Assembly: GCF_000341895.1 (NCBI RefSeq)
Contig: NC_020409.1
Coordinates: 1,290,001-1,322,000, forward strand
Reading direction: 5' to 3'
DNA: 32,000 nucleotides
DNA from: Pseudodesulfovibrio piezophilus C1TLV30
GTDB lineage: Bacteria > Desulfobacterota > Desulfovibrionia > Desulfovibrionales > Desulfovibrionaceae
Position numbers and translations under genes: made by a program
Notes under the pieces: model-generated
The model's input: only the letters and a program-made list of their open reading frames with translations
What the model was told of the DNA's origin: nothing
The model's database searches: none
Shown here: positions 9,363 through 17,284 of the stretch, one piece after another
Position numbering within the stretch: position 1 is the first letter of the stretch
How the letters are laid out: each line of letters begins with the position of its first letter

Positions 9363-10319
9363 CTAACGATAAAAATTTTTCCTGGAGAGATGGGGAAAGA
9401 TGGTGGGCATCGGCTGCCTGGAGCTGAACAACTGGGTACTAAAGTACCGTTCCGCTCTGTCCGGCAGAAGCGTTGCGACTGTCCAGTCCGGGTGAAGACT
9501 GGCAACCCTGGCGGCTGCAACAAGATTGGCCCCGGAAGAAATTCCAGCCATAACTCCCTGTGTGCGCGCCAGATCACTCGCACACCCAATGGCTTCGGCA
9601 TCATCAACCTCGCAAATTTCGTCAATAAGACTCAATTCAACGATCTCAGGAACAAATCCGTCACCAATACCCTCTATACTATGCGGTCGAACAGCATGCC
9701 CCAACAAGGCAGAACTGCCTTTCGGTTCCACTGCCACAATATGAACATCAGGATTATGATTTCGTAAATACCTGCTCACTCCCATCAAAGTCCCCCCGCT
9801 CCCGACACCGCTTACAAAACAATCAACGCACCCGTTCAAATCGTTCCACAGTTCCGTTGCCGTCGTCTGATAATGAGCTTCGATATTCTCCGAGTTTGCA
9901 AACTGATTCAGGGTAAACGTCTCCGGTTGACTCTCAAGAAGACCGCAAAGGGCTTTCACTGCTCCTTCAACACTCTCCTCGGCAGGGGTCAGCACCACTT
10001 CGGCCCCCAAAAACTTCAGTATTTTCTGACGTTCGGCACTGGCATTTTCCGGCATACATATTGTGACCCTGTAGCCTCTGGATGCACCGATCATGGCGAT
10101 GGCAATACCAGTATTTCCACTGGAGGCTTCAGCAATATGCATCCCTTTTCGCAGTTTTCCGCCCTGTTCGGCATGGGCTATGATATGCCAGACCATCCGA
10201 TCCTTGATGGACCCGCCAGGATTCAGGAACTCCGCCTTGGCAAAGAGACAGCATCCGTCCACCTGCACTTCAATACAAGGAGTATTGCCGATACAATCCC
10301 AAAGTTGCTGCACAGACAT
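9363..10319 (-). CDS. PLP-dependent cysteine synthase / beta-substituted alanine synthase family protein (CysK/CysM fold)
   Basis: PLP-lysine motif NPGGSIKDR, SSGNTGIAIA loop, GVGSGGTLMG glycine loop, IEGIGDGFVP. RBS AAGGAAG lies upstream of the ATG at 10319. Confidence 0.85.
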   Translation of the reverse strand: MSVQQLWDCIGNTPCIEVQVDGCCLFAKAEFLNPGGSIKDRMVWHIIAHAEQGGKLRKGMHIAEASSGNTGIAIAMIGASRGYRVTICMPENASAERQKILKFLGAEVVLTPAEESVEGAVKALCGLLESQPETFTLNQFANSENIEAHYQTTATELWNDLNGCVDCFVSGVGSGGTLMGVSRYLRNHNPDVHIVAVEPKGSSALLGHAVRPHSIEGIGDGFVPEIVELSLIDEICEVDDAEAIGCASDLARTQGVMAGISSGANLVAAARVASLHPDWTVATLLPDRAERYFSTQLFSSRQPMPTIFPHLSRKNFYR

Positions 10320-10340
10320 CCTACTCTTCCTTCATGCTTT

Positions 10341-11201
10341 TTATCGAGTTCTGCCCAATGAGGATTCATGTTCCGCGACAAATCGATAGCGATACATACG
10401 TGTCATACGCCGCACGGCCGGGACCCAACTCACTAACGCTGCCCATCGCCATCGTCGCAATGGGCAAGAAAAATAATGATAATCTTCCAGAAACTGTATT
10501 GAGCTCGACCAGTTGACCAACTCAAACCCCGAATCTATTCCCCACAAAAACGGCGCATTTCCGCATTTTGAAACGGTATCGTGAAGAGCGGTGTTTCCCA
10601 CAAGAGCCTTTCCGATTGATTCGAACACGAACTCTGCTCCAGGAAACCGCTCCGCAAGACTGCATACGAGCACCCGAACACTTTCCGGTTGCAGGTACAT
10701 CAATAATCCTTCTGCCAAAAACAAAATCGCCCTGTTCTTCGGAATGACATCAAGCCACTCCATATCCAGGGCCGACCCCGCGATAAAATAGTGTCGAGCA
10801 TCTTCAGCGAAAAACAGACGACGAACCTGTATCACTTCAGGAAAGTCAAGCTCAATCCACTCTGCACAACCATTATCCATACGGAAGGATCTGGCATCCA
10901 GACCGCACCCCATATTCACTATGATGCCATCGGGAAAATCAGTAAGGAATCGCCCCACGACTCTGTCCAGCACCCGCGTACGCACCGCTATGCCAATCTG
11001 AGTACGCCAACCATTGTCGGCATACCGCGCATAATCATAGGGAACTTCCTGCATGATACGCACGGCATACGCATCGGATATCAACCCATCTCTGTGGCCT
11101 GTTTCCATTGCACGCGCCCAAACAGGAATGAGTAAGGTCTCACTCACTCCGGCAAAGGGAGCCAATGTCTTTGCGCCATCCGACAAGGCTTCAACACTCA
11201 T
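10341..11201 (-). CDS. Class I SAM-dependent O-methyltransferase, LCMT/TcmP-like (carboxyl/polyketide O-MT family)
   Basis: The layout is as in leucine carboxyl methyltransferase / TcmP-type enzymes: IVNMGCGLDARSFRM (SAM motif I), WIELDFPEVIQVRR, and ILFLAEGLLMYLQPESV. The start is 1 nt after the upstream TGA. Confidence 0.7.
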   Translation of the reverse strand: MSVEALSDGAKTLAPFAGVSETLLIPVWARAMETGHRDGLISDAYAVRIMQEVPYDYARYADNGWRTQIGIAVRTRVLDRVVGRFLTDFPDGIIVNMGCGLDARSFRMDNGCAEWIELDFPEVIQVRRLFFAEDARHYFIAGSALDMEWLDVIPKNRAILFLAEGLLMYLQPESVRVLVCSLAERFPGAEFVFESIGKALVGNTALHDTVSKCGNAPFLWGIDSGFELVNWSSSIQFLEDYHYFSCPLRRWRWAALVSWVPAVRRMTRMYRYRFVAEHESSLGRTR

Positions 11202-11202
11202 A

Positions 11203-12072
11203 TCATGAGTCCTTTTTCACATCATTATCCGATGCGTCTTTCCGTTCATTCGCGAGCAAGCATTCACGCAGTGTCAAAACCACCATTTTACATATGGCGG
11301 GATGGCATAGCAGCCACATGTGGCTGACCGGCGGTGTCACCCGAACTTTCCACCCTGATTTTTCCGGTGGAATCATGGCATCTTCCGGATGAATGATATT
11401 GTCGGTACGTGAATACAAGGCCATGCATGGAAGAGTTGCCGGTCTTTCTTCCGCCTCGAAACGGACGAAGAAGGCTGAACCATAGGCCATGGTTTCATCA
11501 AGACCATTCTTCATTTTTCCAAATAACTTTGATGTCTTGGATCCTCGATGAGGACAACCAAGAGTAACCCCACCCAGTACCGAAATTTCCGGTTGATCTG
11601 TTGAGTGCAACCACAAACGGATAATCAATCCTCCAAGACTGTGACCGACCAGCAAAGGCCGCTCATTTGGATAGATATCCGAAATCTCATCCAAAGCTTC
11701 ATTCACCACATGCCCCAGCTGTTCCATCGAACGCCTGCCTGCTGTGTAGGCATGACAATAGACACGGGTAAATCCACTCGCCTTCAACCACCATCTGAGA
11801 GGCCACCACACCCCTGTATGTTGCTGAGCACCATGAATCAGAACAACCGGGGGCATGTCTCCTGCCCCCCGAACCTTCCGCCGCGCAACAAAGTGCAACG
11901 GAGCTGAAACCAGGAAAAACACCAATCCACTCAGAGAGTAGGCAACACTCCGCATAAAAGGAAACAAACCGTGCGGCGGGGGAATATCGAGTCTTGAATT
12001 GCAGGCTTCGTAATGAAACAGCAATGTTGTCCCCAATGAAAAGAGCAAAGGGAAAATAAAGAGCAAAATCAT
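11203..12072 (-). CDS. Membrane-anchored alpha/beta hydrolase (lipase/esterase-like)
   Basis: Two N-terminal hydrophobic segments. VVLIHGAQQH oxyanion region, nucleophile elbow GHSLGG, and a GCPHRGS motif as in class 2 lipases. ATGA overlap with the upstream gene at 12069-12072. Confidence 0.75.
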   Translation of the reverse strand: MILLFIFPLLFSLGTTLLFHYEACNSRLDIPPPHGLFPFMRSVAYSLSGLVFFLVSAPLHFVARRKVRGAGDMPPVVLIHGAQQHTGVWWPLRWWLKASGFTRVYCHAYTAGRRSMEQLGHVVNEALDEISDIYPNERPLLVGHSLGGLIIRLWLHSTDQPEISVLGGVTLGCPHRGSKTSKLFGKMKNGLDETMAYGSAFFVRFEAEERPATLPCMALYSRTDNIIHPEDAMIPPEKSGWKVRVTPPVSHMWLLCHPAICKMVVLTLRECLLANERKDASDNDVKKDS

Positions 12073-13085
12073 CTCGTTTCCTCACCCTGATCTGTTGAGA
12101 AAAGCCACTCGTTCCGTCTATTTTCTGCACCGTTGACCGACATCAAGCCTGAAGCGGCCAACAGTCTGTAACAATGATAGTGAGCGGTCACAGCCGCAGG
12201 CAACTTCAGTTTGCCTATGACTTTCGGCAAGTGAAAACGTGTACAGGCAAGCTTGACTACACCATCCATGATTTTTACCGCCTCGTGCAAAGCCCAACCG
12301 TTTTGAAGAAAGAATTCCCCAATATCACCGGGGAGTCCGTACATTCTTAGAGCCGGATGCCCGGTAAATCGTTCCGGCCGTCTGTTGTCAAAGGCTGCCC
12401 CCTTTTCATCCAATGCATCAAAAATCAAAAGAGCGCGAGGGCATGCTCTGCGGACCGCAGTTAACAGGATACTCTTCTGTGCCACGGGCAAACAATCCAT
12501 CACACCATCAAAAATGATGACATGATTCCTGTCCGGGTCACCAAGCACCGCTGGAAAATCGCACATGGACGAAACGGTATGCTGTTGCACGACAGCAAAT
12601 TCTTCTGCAACCGGCGCACTCTTGAACAAACGCCGTTTCAATTCAGCAATAACCGGCAATTCACACTCATGCCAGCTCACGTCCCGCTTCAAATCTGTTC
12701 TTATTCTGGGCCAACGGAATTCCGCACCACTTCCCACATTCCAGACAGAAACAGGTTCATTTCCCTTCCATGTCGCCAAAGTTTTTTTCAGCATGGAATC
12801 AAGCACCATGGAGCGACAAACAAGACTTGGAGCCACCATACGATGCAAAACTGGAAAAGCTCCCGGCTGCCCCCCGCACTGCTCCATCAAGGATTCAGCC
12901 AGATATTCACGCCTCTTTCCACCGGTCCAATCCCCGGTCTGCGCTTTTGCCAGAAGAGTCAGCCAGCCTCTCCTTTCTTCCAACGAACTGAGTCCATACA
13001 ATTGCTTCCAGGAACAGGAAGATAAGACTCCTTCTGCCCCTCCCTTGTCGACATCGGCCCCAGCGAACCGGCCTGCATCAAGCAT
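12069..13085 (-). CDS. Divergent LCMT/TcmP-fold methyltransferase-like protein with degenerate SAM motif
   Basis: Same block order as the neighbouring MT: VWNVGSGAEFRWPRI, WHECELPVIAELKRRL, VIIFDGVMDCLPVAQKS. Motif I is GSGAEF rather than GCGLDA. I place the start at ATG 13085 (TGATG overlap with the upstream stop, GGAGGAGG 7 nt upstream) rather than the TTG at 13088. Confidence 0.5.
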   Translation of the reverse strand: MLDAGRFAGADVDKGGAEGVLSSCSWKQLYGLSSLEERRGWLTLLAKAQTGDWTGGKRREYLAESLMEQCGGQPGAFPVLHRMVAPSLVCRSMVLDSMLKKTLATWKGNEPVSVWNVGSGAEFRWPRIRTDLKRDVSWHECELPVIAELKRRLFKSAPVAEEFAVVQQHTVSSMCDFPAVLGDPDRNHVIIFDGVMDCLPVAQKSILLTAVRRACPRALLIFDALDEKGAAFDNRRPERFTGHPALRMYGLPGDIGEFFLQNGWALHEAVKIMDGVVKLACTRFHLPKVIGKLKLPAAVTAHYHCYRLLAASGLMSVNGAENRRNEWLFSTDQGEETR

Positions 13086-14170
13086 CAAGCCACCTCCTCA
13101 AGTTGTACTCCACCTTTTTGCAGTGAATCGAGAAAAGACTTCGCATTCACAGCCTCTCCCAAATAATGCACCCCTGGCCGAGCATCACCAGAAAGAATGA
13201 AATGTGCCGTGTGCGCAGCGACCAACCCGGTAATCCAATGGTTACGTGATTCAGAAAGGGAAAGGACAAAGCTCTCGCCTGATTCAGCCGTGACAACAGC
13301 GCGAAGGATACCGATTGGCCCTTTCTGCTGAGCGTCCTTGTTGATACCCGCACGCAACAAACGCGCCGCCTGTTTCCGCCAACCACGCATGAATACCTTG
13401 ACGAAAACAAGAGACAACCGTGTATACGGTCCGACCAGAACCAACCCTGTACGAAAACGGACATCAGGCCTTTCCACCGCAAGAGGGGCTGATGGGGCAT
13501 TGAATATCCATGACGCAACCTGTCTGCTATCCGGCAACTGTGGCATATCCACGGAAGAGTTAACTCTGAACATGGACCGCCCCTGCCATATCCCCTGATC
13601 GAACCATCCGAACTTCATGTCTGAAAAAATATGCCACACCATATCCCGAGCAGATGCCAGAGACCATGTATCGCGAGCCCCACAATAGAGCGTCACGTCG
13701 CGGGCCTTTCCCTGTCGAGCCTCTGCCTGTTCCAGCGCATACCGGACAAACACCTCAGATAATCCGGGCATCCACCCGGCGGAAAGGACATGACTGCGTC
13801 GGAGGTTTCGCACCTGTTCATCATGCTGTTGCAGGCTCTCCCGCAACAAAGCATACCCCCCGACATCAACATAATGAGCGCCGGATTCCAGAGCGATTTT
13901 CGCCACTGCCGGGCCTGTTTCGCAAGAAGGCCCGGTGCAGTTCATGATAATCTCACAATCATCAAATTGACCGACCGCCCCGCTGACGACATCGCATTGA
14001 CGAACCTCCGCTCCTGACAACCGAGAAGCACTATCCTGCAAGCGCCCAAGAGAACGTCCGCCCAATACTATGGATATATCGCCAAATTTCTCCAATTCCT
14101 CGCAAACAACCTGCCCGATATCACCACTGCCACCGAGTACAGCAACTTTTCTCTTTTCCCTGTTCATCAT
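13085..14170 (-). CDS. Saccharopine dehydrogenase-family NAD(P)-binding oxidoreductase
   Basis: N-terminal Rossmann motif KVAVLGGSGDIGQVV. The length and the central GWMPGLSE-type segment are typical of Sacchrp_dh_NADP proteins. The start directly abuts the upstream TAA (TAAATG). Confidence 0.75.
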   Translation of the reverse strand: MMNREKRKVAVLGGSGDIGQVVCEELEKFGDISIVLGGRSLGRLQDSASRLSGAEVRQCDVVSGAVGQFDDCEIIMNCTGPSCETGPAVAKIALESGAHYVDVGGYALLRESLQQHDEQVRNLRRSHVLSAGWMPGLSEVFVRYALEQAEARQGKARDVTLYCGARDTWSLASARDMVWHIFSDMKFGWFDQGIWQGRSMFRVNSSVDMPQLPDSRQVASWIFNAPSAPLAVERPDVRFRTGLVLVGPYTRLSLVFVKVFMRGWRKQAARLLRAGINKDAQQKGPIGILRAVVTAESGESFVLSLSESRNHWITGLVAAHTAHFILSGDARPGVHYLGEAVNAKSFLDSLQKGGVQLEEVA

Positions 14171-15370
14171 TTATTCCTCTGCATATGCAACATGAACATT
14201 CAACGCTCTGACCCCTGTCAGGACATCAGGCAAAAAGGGTATCGCCGAAGATGTCGCATGCACTCCGGCCGGAACAGACTTCGGATCTTGCAAAAATGCA
14301 TGGATGAATGAAGCGGCATAGGCCGCTGTCAATCCGAATGTGGTTTCCCCGGTGGCAAAAGCGGTCATTTTTCTATCTGCATACTGCGCCCGTATCATCA
14401 AAATGGACCGTGTCATATTGGTTCCGTTGCTGCTCCCCAGGCCATGCATTGTGTAAAAGACCCTGGCCAAACGATGTGTTACTGCGGGAAAACGATCCGC
14501 AGGGAACCGACGCAGGAATGCTGCCATAGCTGGCGGCATTCCTTGGAAGTGCATACGATAGGAGATATTATGGGCAGGGAGCAAAGCCCCACGCTCATGC
14601 ATCGATTCAATCAAAAAAGCTTCTGCGGAAAAACAATGCGTGGCCGTGACAGAGCGCCCATGGGTGACAAAGACTTCTTTCTTTTGACTGCCGGAATCAT
14701 CTGCATCCATCCAAACTTCCCGACCCTCTCGCAGTTCACAGACTTTGGGGGTCAATCCATGCAGCATGGTCATGGTGGAGGCAAATCCAGCATCTTCATT
14801 ACCTCCGGCAAAGAGACGAACATCAACCTTTTCGCATTCCCCGGCACAGGCTGCCAACCGGCAGAGAAGCGCAGTGCTCAATCCGGGATTGACACCCATA
14901 CCTGTAAATACATGGCTCCCGCGCAGGACTGCATCTTCATGCAATGACAGGATCTCACGTGCGACATGGGGATCATCATTAATATCCAGACACGTGACTC
15001 CTGCTCGAATACAAGCACGATGACAGGACGCACGAAATGTCGAAAATGGCCCAAGTGCAATAACCACAGCATCGTAGCTGGAAAGTATGTCCGATAAATC
15101 CTTACCGCCACGTTCCTTTTCGGCAGACGCTCCGGGCCGGGGCGCAGTGCTTGGTGAAAAGCCAGAAGGATCTGTGAAAGCCATACCCCGAGAGGAGTCA
15201 GGGGCAACATCCATGACAACCCACTGTGCACCGAATTGCGCCGTGCGCTGATTGCTGTTTCGAGTCGCAGCATGAACTGTCGCGTGTGGCATTAATCGCA
15301 ACAAACTGCCCACAAGACGCCGGCCAGTACTGCCACTCCCACCGAGTGCGAGAATCCTCGGATGTATCAT
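14171..15370 (-). CDS. Saccharopine dehydrogenase-family oxidoreductase, second paralogue with low-complexity insertion
   Basis: Rossmann motif RILALGGSGSTGRRLV and GMGVNPGLS. Start ATG 15370 overlaps the upstream TGA (ATGA) and follows GGAGGAA. The 42 codons added by the track ORF (up to 15496) overlap the thioesterase gene. Confidence 0.65.
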   Translation of the reverse strand: MIHPRILALGGSGSTGRRLVGSLLRLMPHATVHAATRNSNQRTAQFGAQWVVMDVAPDSSRGMAFTDPSGFSPSTAPRPGASAEKERGGKDLSDILSSYDAVVIALGPFSTFRASCHRACIRAGVTCLDINDDPHVAREILSLHEDAVLRGSHVFTGMGVNPGLSTALLCRLAACAGECEKVDVRLFAGGNEDAGFASTMTMLHGLTPKVCELREGREVWMDADDSGSQKKEVFVTHGRSVTATHCFSAEAFLIESMHERGALLPAHNISYRMHFQGMPPAMAAFLRRFPADRFPAVTHRLARVFYTMHGLGSSNGTNMTRSILMIRAQYADRKMTAFATGETTFGLTAAYAASFIHAFLQDPKSVPAGVHATSSAIPFLPDVLTGVRALNVHVAYAEE

Positions 15371-16509
15371 GATTCCTCCGTAATATCTTGAATAAACCGC
15401 AGAACAGCCTCGGCAAATGTCTCTGCATGCGTCTGAACAAAAAGGTGCCCACCCGGAGTATCGACAAAATGACACAAGGAAAAACACCGTTTCCAAGAAG
15501 GAGAAAATTCGACGACAAACGGATATTCTTCACTCTCCCCTGTTACAACAAGACAAGGTATTTCCATACAATCAGTCCCAAAATCATATCTTTCCATACG
15601 CCGAACAGCTTGTTTGTATTCCACCCAATAGCGGGTCTGTCCCTTCTCAGACATATCCGTCAGAAGCGGAGCATAAATTTCTTTCAAATACTCCAGCGTG
15701 GCATCATCCTCCGAATCGGAACTCCACCGGGAACGCGCGTAGACAAGCTCTTGCGCATCAGGGGGGGTAGCTCCGGCCACCACGACTCCGTGCACTTTCT
15801 GTCCCCCGACTCTCATCTCGCGAGCAACGGCGTGCGCCATATATGCGCCGTAGCAATGTCCCAACAAGATAACCGGCCGATTGTCATCCAGGTTGTCCAC
15901 CAAGATTCGCGCGAGGCTCTCGATTGGCTGGAGCGGCCCCGTATCGTCTGAGGACGCGTAGCGGGCAATCCGTACATCGCATTGCCGCCCAAGGTGGTTA
16001 GCAACTTTCTGAAACATATGAGGCTCTCCGCCAGCATATGGAAAACATAAGACCAACGGTCGCGTTCGCCCTTTTTCTTCAGAGTACAGACGTACCCAGC
16101 CAGCTTTTTCTGAGATATCCACGCAACGTTTCCATTGAAGAACGGGTGCCTGAACCGCGCCCCGCTCCCTTTTCCCCGTCGCGAGAGATGCTGTCATACT
16201 GGCAATACTTGGCTGGTGCACGGATTCCGCAAGAGTATCGGTTCCTGCAAAATCCTGCTCTACAAGCTGTTGAAATCGAATCATATCCAAAAGATTTTCC
16301 GCATAGTTCGTCAAAGGCACATCCGAAAACAATTCCTTTTCCGGTATATCAAAGACTTGCACAGCACGACGACGCAGCACTGTTTCGATGGATTCATAGC
16401 TCCATAATGAGTTGGAAAATCCAGTCTTCAGTCCAGAGATGGTATTCGAATCATTTTTAACAACGGAATCAGCACCATCTGACACGGGGAAAAAATATTT
16501 TTTAGCCAT
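15367..16509 (-). CDS. Carrier-protein-like N-terminal domain fused to a type II thioesterase-like alpha/beta hydrolase (Cys nucleophile)
   Basis: TE motifs: LVLCFPYAGGEPHMF, nucleophile elbow LLGHCYGAYMAHAVA (Cys219, TGC at 15853-15855), and C-terminal DTPGGHLFV. Residues ~36-100 look like an ACP/PCP, but the DSL serine position reads ENL. Confidence 0.8.
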   Translation of the reverse strand: MAKKYFFPVSDGADSVVKNDSNTISGLKTGFSNSLWSYESIETVLRRRAVQVFDIPEKELFSDVPLTNYAENLLDMIRFQQLVEQDFAGTDTLAESVHQPSIASMTASLATGKRERGAVQAPVLQWKRCVDISEKAGWVRLYSEEKGRTRPLVLCFPYAGGEPHMFQKVANHLGRQCDVRIARYASSDDTGPLQPIESLARILVDNLDDNRPVILLGHCYGAYMAHAVAREMRVGGQKVHGVVVAGATPPDAQELVYARSRWSSDSEDDATLEYLKEIYAPLLTDMSEKGQTRYWVEYKQAVRRMERYDFGTDCMEIPCLVVTGESEEYPFVVEFSPSWKRCFSLCHFVDTPGGHLFVQTHAETFAEAVLRFIQDITEES

Positions 16510-16526
16510 GACATACCACTCACATA

Positions 16527-17195
16527 TTAGATGGAAAGAAAAGTGAGCCCTGTGAAAATGACAAGCATGACGATCACAACAGGTTTCGCCAAAAAAGCCG
16601 GAACATCCTGGCGGTAGCGTTCGTAAATATCCCCGAAACTCGGTTCAAGTACCGCTTTTTCTTCAATATATGCAGTCGCGAAGAGAGTCATTGCCAGAAA
16701 CGGCAACAAAATTGCCGTATAGGTGGCCCCGGTGACCAGAACAATACCACTCGTACCGATGAAACGCGCGACGATCACGGGATGGCGAACATAGCCATAC
16801 GCACCGTTGGTAATAAGCTGCGCAGGACTCGCATAATCACAGGCGGTGGCTTTGGCATTTCGTTGCATCAAAACGACATAGGAACACACTCCGCAAAGAG
16901 CCAGCGGGAGACCCAACGCCGCTTGAAACTGACGCCCCTTGGCTGCCAACGCCAAGTCTGGAGCCACCAACACGCCACTCGTATCGCCAAGAACCGGTTG
17001 AGGAAGAAACGGCATGACAAACCAGACGCCAACGACACTCACTGTCAGGAACACCTTCAGATATTTCGGCATGTGACGAGATGGAAACCCCAGACTACGC
17101 CGTCTTTTTTCCATGGCGAAATACCACCAGTAGGAACCGACACCAGCAAAACTCACCAAACACAACAGAATCTGGACACCCAACATTCCAGCCAC
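16527..17195 (-). CDS. Integral-membrane methyltransferase, ICMT/PEMT family
   Basis: Multi-TM protein with the family signature LITNGAYGYVRHPVIVARFIG ... IEEKAVLEPSFGDIYERYRQDVP. The GTG start at 17195 has GGAG 5 nt upstream. ATG 17186 is an alternative start. Confidence 0.75.
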   Translation of the reverse strand: MAGMLGVQILLCLVSFAGVGSYWWYFAMEKRRRSLGFPSRHMPKYLKVFLTVSVVGVWFVMPFLPQPVLGDTSGVLVAPDLALAAKGRQFQAALGLPLALCGVCSYVVLMQRNAKATACDYASPAQLITNGAYGYVRHPVIVARFIGTSGIVLVTGATYTAILLPFLAMTLFATAYIEEKAVLEPSFGDIYERYRQDVPAFLAKPVVIVMLVIFTGLTFLSI

Positions 17196-17284
17196 TTTGT
17201 CTCCATATCGTAAGAGTCAAATACCCACCTGAAAATCACCCAGGGCCCGACAAACAGGCTTATTTCGAGTATGATCAAAGCTCA

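Noticed and set aside
12522-13200. Plus-strand ORFs of 167 and 211 aa, and similar plus-strand ORFs across 9390-17213 and 19113-22731.
   Set aside because: They are antisense to minus-strand genes with clear family motifs and translational coupling. I see no motifs in the plus-strand translations.
15371-15496. Cys-rich 42-aa N-terminal extension (METVFFLVSFCRYSGWAPFCSDACRDICRGCS...) on the second saccharopine-dehydrogenase-like ORF.
   Set aside because: It lies entirely inside the thioesterase coding region. ATG 15370 is preceded by GGAGGAA, overlaps the upstream stop as ATGA, and sits immediately before the Rossmann motif.
17223-17230. The 8-mer ACCCACCT occurs near both minus-strand Fur-like promoters (17223-17230 and 25882-25889) and could be a second regulatory motif.
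   Set aside because: The distance from the dyad differs (about 60 nt versus about 12 nt), and an 8-mer can recur by chance in 32 kb. This is insufficient evidence.
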